A DNA stretch of 35,215 nucleotides from a virus (taxonomy: Duplodnaviria > Caudoviricetes). The notes under the pieces are model-generated. The model had not been told where the DNA came from. It was given only the letters and a program-made list of their open reading frames with translations, and ran no database searches. The stretch is from positions 1-35,215 of IMG/VR virus record IMGVR_UViG_3300031519_000095; one strand, given 5' to 3'. Below, one piece after another: positions 30,280 through 35,215 of this stretch. The translations under genes were made by a program, and so were the position numbers. How positions within the stretch are numbered: position 1 is the first letter of the stretch; each line of letters begins with the position of its first letter.

Positions 30280-31781
30280 TGGAACTATCCCTATCCGAAA
30301 ATAAAAAGTTTTTAGTAATTGATTCATGTACCGAGTTGGAATATGAGCAGTTAAAATCTAGTCTTACTAAAAAGATAGAGGGCTGGCGCTTTCATCCTCT
30401 TGTCAAGAAAAAAGTATGGGATGGAAATATTTCTTTTATAAAAGGAAACAAAATACCAGCCGGTTTATGGAAGGAGGTTGTTGATATTTGTAAACAGTAT
30501 GATTATCAGTTTACATTAAATGGCATAACTGATATTTTTGATAATTCAATAGATGCAGATGCTTTTAAATTGTGGGCAGATGAATTTTTTGCAAAGTCTG
30601 AAATTAAACCAAGAGACTATCAAATCGATGCTGCTATTAAAATTTTAAAATATAGAAGGTGTTTGGCCGAATTAGCAACTTCAGCTGGAAAAACTCTAAT
30701 TTCATTTATGGTGGTTGCTTATATGATGGAACAATTAGGTAAAAAGAAAATCTTAATGATTGTACCTAATGTAAGTTTAGTAGTTCAGGCAAGTGGAGAT
30801 TTTGAAGAATACAATAAAGGTAGAGTACCTATTAAGATTCAACAGATTTATGCAGGTGTTAAACTAAGAAAGAGTTCTAATATAGTTATTGGTACTTATC
30901 AATCATTAACTAAAAAAGATGAGGAATACTTTAGTCAATTTGATGCAGTATTTGTAGATGAAACACATAAAGCAAAAGCTAATTCTATTCAAAAGATTAT
31001 GGACAAATGTTGGCACTGTGATTATAGGTTCGGTTTAAGTGGTACTATTCCTAAAAGAGGAACTGTAAATAGGCTAAGTTTAATGTCAGCAATGGGACCG
31101 TTGGTAACTCAAGTAAAGGCTGCACAGCTACAAGAAGATGGACATATTGCAAAATGTAAAGTATTACAAATCCATATGGGATATGCAACTGATGCACAAA
31201 AGGAAGCATTCTCTTCTTTATCTAAAAATCCCTATGACAGGCAAAAGCTATTTAGTTTAGAACAAAATTTTATTAATGGAAGTGAAAAGAGATTAGATTT
31301 TGTTTGCCAGGTAATTAAAAAATCAACATCCAATTCATTAGTACTATTTCACAAAATAGCATACGGTGAAAAATTATATAAAAAGCTCAGGACAATAACA
31401 GATAAGAAAGTATATTATGTAGATGGTTCCGTTAAGTCTGACTTTAGGGAGGAATTTAAAAAGAGAATGGAAAAGAATGATGATGTTATTATTGTAGCTT
31501 CATACGGTACTTTCTCCACAGGTATATCCATTAAAAACATACATAATATTTTCTTTACTGAATCATTTAAGTCAGAAGTAATAATTAGACAATCTATTGG
31601 TAGAGGTTTAAGGAAACATGCAGCAAAAGATGTAGTAAAAATATATGACTTTATTGATGATTTCCGATACAAAAACACCGAGCATGATTGGGTAAATTAT
31701 GTATACCGACATGGCATGGAGCGAAGAAAAATATATAAAGGTGAGAAGTTCCCATTTGATGTACAGGATGTTAAGTTTTAA
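30279..31781 (+). CDS. uvsW: SF2 DNA helicase UvsW
   Basis: PRDYQ, ATSAGKT, VDETH, GLSGT, ASYGTFSTGISIKNIHN and QSIGRGLR. 500 aa. Confidence 0.95.
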   Translation: MELSLSENKKFLVIDSCTELEYEQLKSSLTKKIEGWRFHPLVKKKVWDGNISFIKGNKIPAGLWKEVVDICKQYDYQFTLNGITDIFDNSIDADAFKLWADEFFAKSEIKPRDYQIDAAIKILKYRRCLAELATSAGKTLISFMVVAYMMEQLGKKKILMIVPNVSLVVQASGDFEEYNKGRVPIKIQQIYAGVKLRKSSNIVIGTYQSLTKKDEEYFSQFDAVFVDETHKAKANSIQKIMDKCWHCDYRFGLSGTIPKRGTVNRLSLMSAMGPLVTQVKAAQLQEDGHIAKCKVLQIHMGYATDAQKEAFSSLSKNPYDRQKLFSLEQNFINGSEKRLDFVCQVIKKSTSNSLVLFHKIAYGEKLYKKLRTITDKKVYYVDGSVKSDFREEFKKRMEKNDDVIIVASYGTFSTGISIKNIHNIFFTESFKSEVIIRQSIGRGLRKHAAKDVVKIYDFIDDFRYKNTEHDWVNYVYRHGMERRKIYKGEKFPFDVQDVKF

Positions 31782-31806
31782 TTCAAATATCTTTATCATG
31801 GAGCAT

Positions 31807-31816
31807 TGATATATAA
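31807..31816 (+). promoter_or_regulatory. Putative late promoter box (ATAWATAA)
   Basis: TGATATATAA ends 24 nt before the ATG at 31841. Confidence 0.5.
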
Positions 31817-31840
31817 AAAAAGAAACAAAATAAAAATACA

Positions 31841-33262
31841 ATGAAATCAATTAAAAAGTTTTCAATGATGTCTAAAACTGAAGATTCAATTAATGAATCG
31901 GCAGATGTCAATCATGATGCTGTAATGGATCTTGTTAAAAAGATGGGTTACGAAAGTGTTGAAGAATTAAAGAAAGAAAAAAATCTATTAAGTAAATTAG
32001 AGAGTTTATTAAAAGATGTTTCCCCAAAACAAGATATCTCTGAGGATGAGCTTGAAGAAGATAGAGCCGAAGACATAGAAGATACTGTTAAGGCTAAAGG
32101 TGCACCTAAATCGTTAGAGGCCGAAGAACTTGAAGAAGATAGTACCGAAGATATAGAAGATGAAATAGTAGCTAAAGGTGAACCTAAATCATTAGAAGAT
32201 ACTGTTGATGATAAAGTATCTGATGATTCTGAAATTACAGCTGAGGTTCCTGCTGAAGCAGATGAAGTTGAAGATGAGGATGGCGTAGAGGTTGCTTCTG
32301 AAGAAAAAGAAACTCCTGCGGCTACCAGAAGAATTATGGCTTTTGAGGATTTCATTAAGGAAAAGGAAGTTACAGTAAATAAGAATATTAAATATTCCGA
32401 TGATGCTGAAGAGCCTGAAGATTATTCTGTTGTTGCTGCGTCTAATAATGTTCTTAGTGAGGATGATGAAGATAAAGGTATAGAAGACAAAAAGAAAGGT
32501 GATGAGTTAGAAGATAAAGGCGATAAGAAAGTTGATTCTGAAGATGACAAAGAAAAAGCTGACCATTATAAAGGAGCTGTTAAATCTGATGATTCTGAAA
32601 TTGACGCATTAAAGAAAGATGTTAAATTTGACAAAGAAGAAGAAGATGATGCTAAGAAAGAATCAAGACTCCTGTCATTTTCAAATTTTGTAACCGAATC
32701 TTATGATAAGGTTGTATTAGGTGGTAATAAAGATGATAAGTCTAAAACTCATGATGGAGAAGATTATGAAGATGAAAAAGATGAAGCTTATGACGTAGTA
32801 ACTTTAGGTGGTAATAAAGGCGATAAATCTAAAACCAAAAAAGGTGATGAAGATTATGAAGATGAATCAGTAGATGAAACTGTTGGTCAAGTAATAACTA
32901 AAGTTGAAGGTGATGAAATTGCTGATGAAGAAGCTGGAGATGATGGCCTTGCTATTCCTACAGAAAAAGGCGATGGTTCTGAAACCGCTGCTGGTATAGC
33001 TGGAGATATAATGAATATGGGTAAAGTAAAAGTTCAACCTGAATCAAAAGGTGCTTCATTAGTTGGAGAAGCTAAGATTAATGAAAAGGATATTACTTCT
33101 GCTGATGAATTTAAAGAATATGCAATGTCAATTTTAAAAAATGCATTCGGAGATGACTTTGATGAAGCTAAAGCTACTGAAGTTGCTGATGGTTTAATTT
33201 CTAAGTATGGTGAAGATTACGGCGCAATGGTCGGAGCTTTACAATCTACTATGGGATCATAA
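31841..33262 (+). CDS. Highly acidic, largely disordered prohead core / scaffold-like protein
   Basis: Very D/E/K-rich. Leader-like motifs MKSIKKF..SINE, IMAFEDFIKE and LLSFSNFVTE. KINE precedes a helical C-terminal domain. Confidence 0.6.
   Translation: MKSIKKFSMMSKTEDSINESADVNHDAVMDLVKKMGYESVEELKKEKNLLSKLESLLKDVSPKQDISEDELEEDRAEDIEDTVKAKGAPKSLEAEELEEDSTEDIEDEIVAKGEPKSLEDTVDDKVSDDSEITAEVPAEADEVEDEDGVEVASEEKETPAATRRIMAFEDFIKEKEVTVNKNIKYSDDAEEPEDYSVVAASNNVLSEDDEDKGIEDKKKGDELEDKGDKKVDSEDDKEKADHYKGAVKSDDSEIDALKKDVKFDKEEEDDAKKESRLLSFSNFVTESYDKVVLGGNKDDKSKTHDGEDYEDEKDEAYDVVTLGGNKGDKSKTKKGDEDYEDESVDETVGQVITKVEGDEIADEEAGDDGLAIPTEKGDGSETAAGIAGDIMNMGKVKVQPESKGASLVGEAKINEKDITSADEFKEYAMSILKNAFGDDFDEAKATEVADGLISKYGEDYGAMVGALQSTMGS
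32048..32203 (+). repeat. Intragenic tandem repeat, 2 x 78 nt
   Basis: ELEEDRAEDIEDTVKAKGAPKSLE / ELEEDSTEDIEDEIVAKGEPKSLE, starting at 32048 and 32126. Confidence 0.85.
32696..32866 (+). repeat. Intragenic tandem repeat, 2 x about 87 nt
   Basis: ESYDKVVLGGNKDDKSKTHDGEDYEDE / EAYDVVTLGGNKGDKSKTKKGDEDYEDE, starting at 32696 and 32783. Confidence 0.85.
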
Positions 33263-33267
33263 CAAAT

Positions 33268-33277
33268 CAATATATAA
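33268..33277 (+). promoter_or_regulatory. Putative late promoter box (ATAWATAA)
   Basis: CAATATATAA upstream of the ATG at 33312. Confidence 0.45.
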
Positions 33278-33311
33278 ATTATAAAAAACAAAAATTAAAA
33301 AAACAAAAATT

Positions 33312-33758
33312 ATGAAAAGTATACTAAAGTTTACCGAATTTGTAAATGAAAATTTAAATGAAGCTAATCTACCATCTTGGGTTGAGAGCGGTCCTTATGA
33401 CAACCTCAAAGGTATGTTTGCTGAAGATTTTGAAGATGATGAATATGATGGTATGACAATAGCTGATGTTGATAAAAATTATAAACCAGCTTTAAAATAC
33501 CTAGGAGTAAAATCTATTGCTGATATGGGATTTATTTCAAATAGTGCTAACGATGATGAATTGTATGATATTGTTGATCCTCAAATGAAAAGTTCTAACT
33601 TTCTTGGAAATGATAGAGGAAAGGGTATGAATCCAACACCATACACAGGTGCATATAAAGGAATGTTAGGAGACGTAAAAATAATTATACTTCAAGATAT
33701 TAATCAAGAAAATATGTATGCATATGCTGCAGTTGATTCTAGAGGAAACCTTAAATAA
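33312..33758 (+). CDS. Probable head-internal protein (leader plus acidic domain B)
   Basis: Leader MKSILKFTEFVNENLNE. Paralogue of the C-terminal half of the next ORF. Confidence 0.65.
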   Translation: MKSILKFTEFVNENLNEANLPSWVESGPYDNLKGMFAEDFEDDEYDGMTIADVDKNYKPALKYLGVKSIADMGFISNSANDDELYDIVDPQMKSSNFLGNDRGKGMNPTPYTGAYKGMLGDVKIIILQDINQENMYAYAAVDSRGNLK

Positions 33759-34547
33759 TTTCTAAAAAAATTAAAAAACAAAAATTATGAGCAATATACT
33801 AAACTTTAGAGAGTTTGTAAATGAAAATTTAAATGAAGGATCATTTGCTGATTTTAATAAGTCTTCTGGTTTTAAAATGGATTCTAAGGCTAAAAGCACA
33901 TTAAAAAAATTAAATGTAAATCCTACAAAGTTAAAGGATGCATTTGATGATTACAGTAAAATCATGAAATACTTAGATTCCAATGGTAAAAAGATTGGTA
34001 CTGTATCAATACCTAACCCAGGAAGTAAATCAAATCCTGACTTTATGTATACTGTTTATGATACTGATATGTATGGCAAAGTATTAACAGGCGATGGAGA
34101 TTCAGTATTTATTGAAATGGTAAAGGAATCACTTAACGAAGGTAAATTACCATCTTGGGTTTATAGCGGTCCTTATGACAACCTTAAAGATATGTTTGCA
34201 GATGGATATGGTTATGGTGATGGCTATGATGGTTCAGAGATGACAGCAGCTGATGTTGATAAAAATTATAAACCAGCTTTAAAATACCTAGGAGTAAAAT
34301 CTATTGCTGATATGGTAATGGTTACCTCTACTAATGATGATGATGAATTGTATGATATTGTTGAGCCTCAAATGAAAAATTCTAACTTTCTTGGAAATGA
34401 TAGAGGAAAAGGTATGAATCCAACACCATACACAGGTGCTTATAAAGGAATGTTAGGAGACGTAAAAATAATTATATTCCAGGATATTAATCAAGAAAAT
34501 ATGTATGCATATGCTGCAGGTGATTCTAGAGGAAACCTTAAATAATT
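33370..34547 (+). repeat. Direct repeat of about 390-400 bp (33370-33760 and 34148-34547)
   Basis: Both copies begin TACCATCTTGGGTT and end GATTCTAGAGGAAACCTTAAATAATT, with long identical stretches between. Confidence 0.95.
33787..34545 (+). CDS. Probable head-internal two-domain polyprotein (leader, domain A, domain B')
   Basis: Leader MSNILNFREFVNENLNE. An internal KESLNE linker precedes the duplicated domain. Confidence 0.65.
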   Translation: MSNILNFREFVNENLNEGSFADFNKSSGFKMDSKAKSTLKKLNVNPTKLKDAFDDYSKIMKYLDSNGKKIGTVSIPNPGSKSNPDFMYTVYDTDMYGKVLTGDGDSVFIEMVKESLNEGKLPSWVYSGPYDNLKDMFADGYGYGDGYDGSEMTAADVDKNYKPALKYLGVKSIADMVMVTSTNDDDELYDIVEPQMKNSNFLGNDRGKGMNPTPYTGAYKGMLGDVKIIIFQDINQENMYAYAAGDSRGNLK

Positions 34548-34569
34548 CCTAAAGGAAAATAAATAAAAC

Positions 34570-35215
34570 ATGAAACATATAAAATTGTTTGAACAATGGC
34601 TGACTGACAAAAGTCAGCCATTTTTGTTTGAGGGTGGTGCTGCTGGTCATATGCAACATCCATTTGATAATAAAGATTTAACCTTTGGGGATTTCAAAGC
34701 AATGGTTGACGCTGGGCTTAGAGGTCAATTAAACTTTGAAGAAGATCCTACAGAAAAAACTGATGGTCAAAACTTGTTTGTGACTATCCAAGATGGTAAA
34801 GTAAAATTTGCTAGGAACAAAGGCCAAATGCAACACCCGCTAGATCTTAATGGTATTATTGGTATGTTTACTGGTCATGCATCAAAATTAGTTGAAGATA
34901 CTTATATCTTTGCTGCTAGAGATTTAGATAAATTATTAATGAATCTTTCACCAGCAGATCAAGAAAAGTATTTTAAGAATGGAAAAGATTTTATGAACAT
35001 GGAATTAATCTATTCATTAAATCCAAATGTTATTCATTATGATAGAGATGTTATACAATTTCATGGAATAAAAGAAACGGACGGTAAGGGTAATATCATA
35101 GGTACAAATAATAAACCTGCTAAAGAAATAACAAGTATACTTCAAAAAGTAAAAGCTGATATTGGTAAAACATTTAAAATTATACCTCCTAAAGTAATTC
35201 AATTACAAAAAGATT
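34570..35215 (+). CDS. ATP-dependent ligase-fold nucleotidyltransferase (RNA-ligase-like) with a capsid-targeting-like leader, 3'-truncated
   Basis: Not in the ORF track; translated by hand as 215 open codons: MKHIKLFEQWL...FLFE-GGAAGHMQHPFD...TEKTDGQN (motif I)...KFARN (Ia)...MNMELI (III)...IQFHGI (IIIa). Confidence 0.7.
   Translation, partial: MKHIKLFEQWLTDKSQPFLFEGGAAGHMQHPFDNKDLTFGDFKAMVDAGLRGQLNFEEDPTEKTDGQNLFVTIQDGKVKFARNKGQMQHPLDLNGIIGMFTGHASKLVEDTYIFAARDLDKLLMNLSPADQEKYFKNGKDFMNMELIYSLNPNVIHYDRDVIQFHGIKETDGKGNIIGTNNKPAKEITSILQKVKADIGKTFKIIPPKVIQLQKD

Noticed and set aside
28545-31781. Introns, inteins or homing endonucleases in the primase or uvsW genes
   Set aside because: Both proteins have normal lengths and contiguous motifs.
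33370-34547. Diversity-generating retroelement TR/VR pair
   Set aside because: Differences between the copies include T/G, C/T and indels rather than adenine-specific changes. Both copies are intact coding sequence, and no reverse transcriptase is present in the window.
885-35202. All minus-strand ORFs in the track (e.g. 885-1223, 4852-5166, 19965-20303, 29114-29608, 31948-32355, 35017-35202) and the nested + ORF 1202-1402
   Set aside because: They are short shadows of well-supported + strand genes, with biased composition and no motifs. 35017-35202 lies opposite the ligase-like ORF.
1-35215. Stop-codon recoding as seen in some jumbo phages
   Set aside because: Genes are full length under the standard code, and TAG (27046) and TGA (22295, 29618) act as stops at sensible gene ends.

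Overview
This is an AT-rich (by eye about 30% GC), gene-dense window from a large, divergent T4-related myophage, probably a jumbo phage. Every credible gene is on the + strand, and the standard genetic code reads cleanly. From left to right it holds: a 5'-truncated amidoligase-like gene; a neck/baseplate/tail module (gp13-, gp25- and gp6-like proteins, a gp7/P2-gpI-like wedge, several giant structural proteins, a collagen-containing fibre, a possible spanin and a gp3/tail-tube-fold protein); a recombination/replication block (RuvC-like resolvase, GroES, gp32 SSB, gp61 primase, UvsY, UvsW); and a cluster of probable head-internal proteins. That cluster ends in a 3'-truncated ligase-fold ORF (34570 to the end) that the ORF track missed. 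The A-rich, Shine-Dalgarno-less start regions suggest a Bacteroidota host (inference). The most notable signals are: (1) six proteins with a T4-IP-like capsid-targeting leader and, in most, (L/I)-x-E cleavage sites, whose cargoes include a cationic glycine-zipper peptide, tandem paralogues and a KxDG nucleotidyltransferase; (2) a structured RNA leader with periodic GGYA motifs upstream of the SSB gene; (3) a bipartite motif AAACTAAAT-N9-WATATATAA present as two outward-facing copies around groES, one pointing antisense. All calls come from reading motifs by eye; no searches were run.
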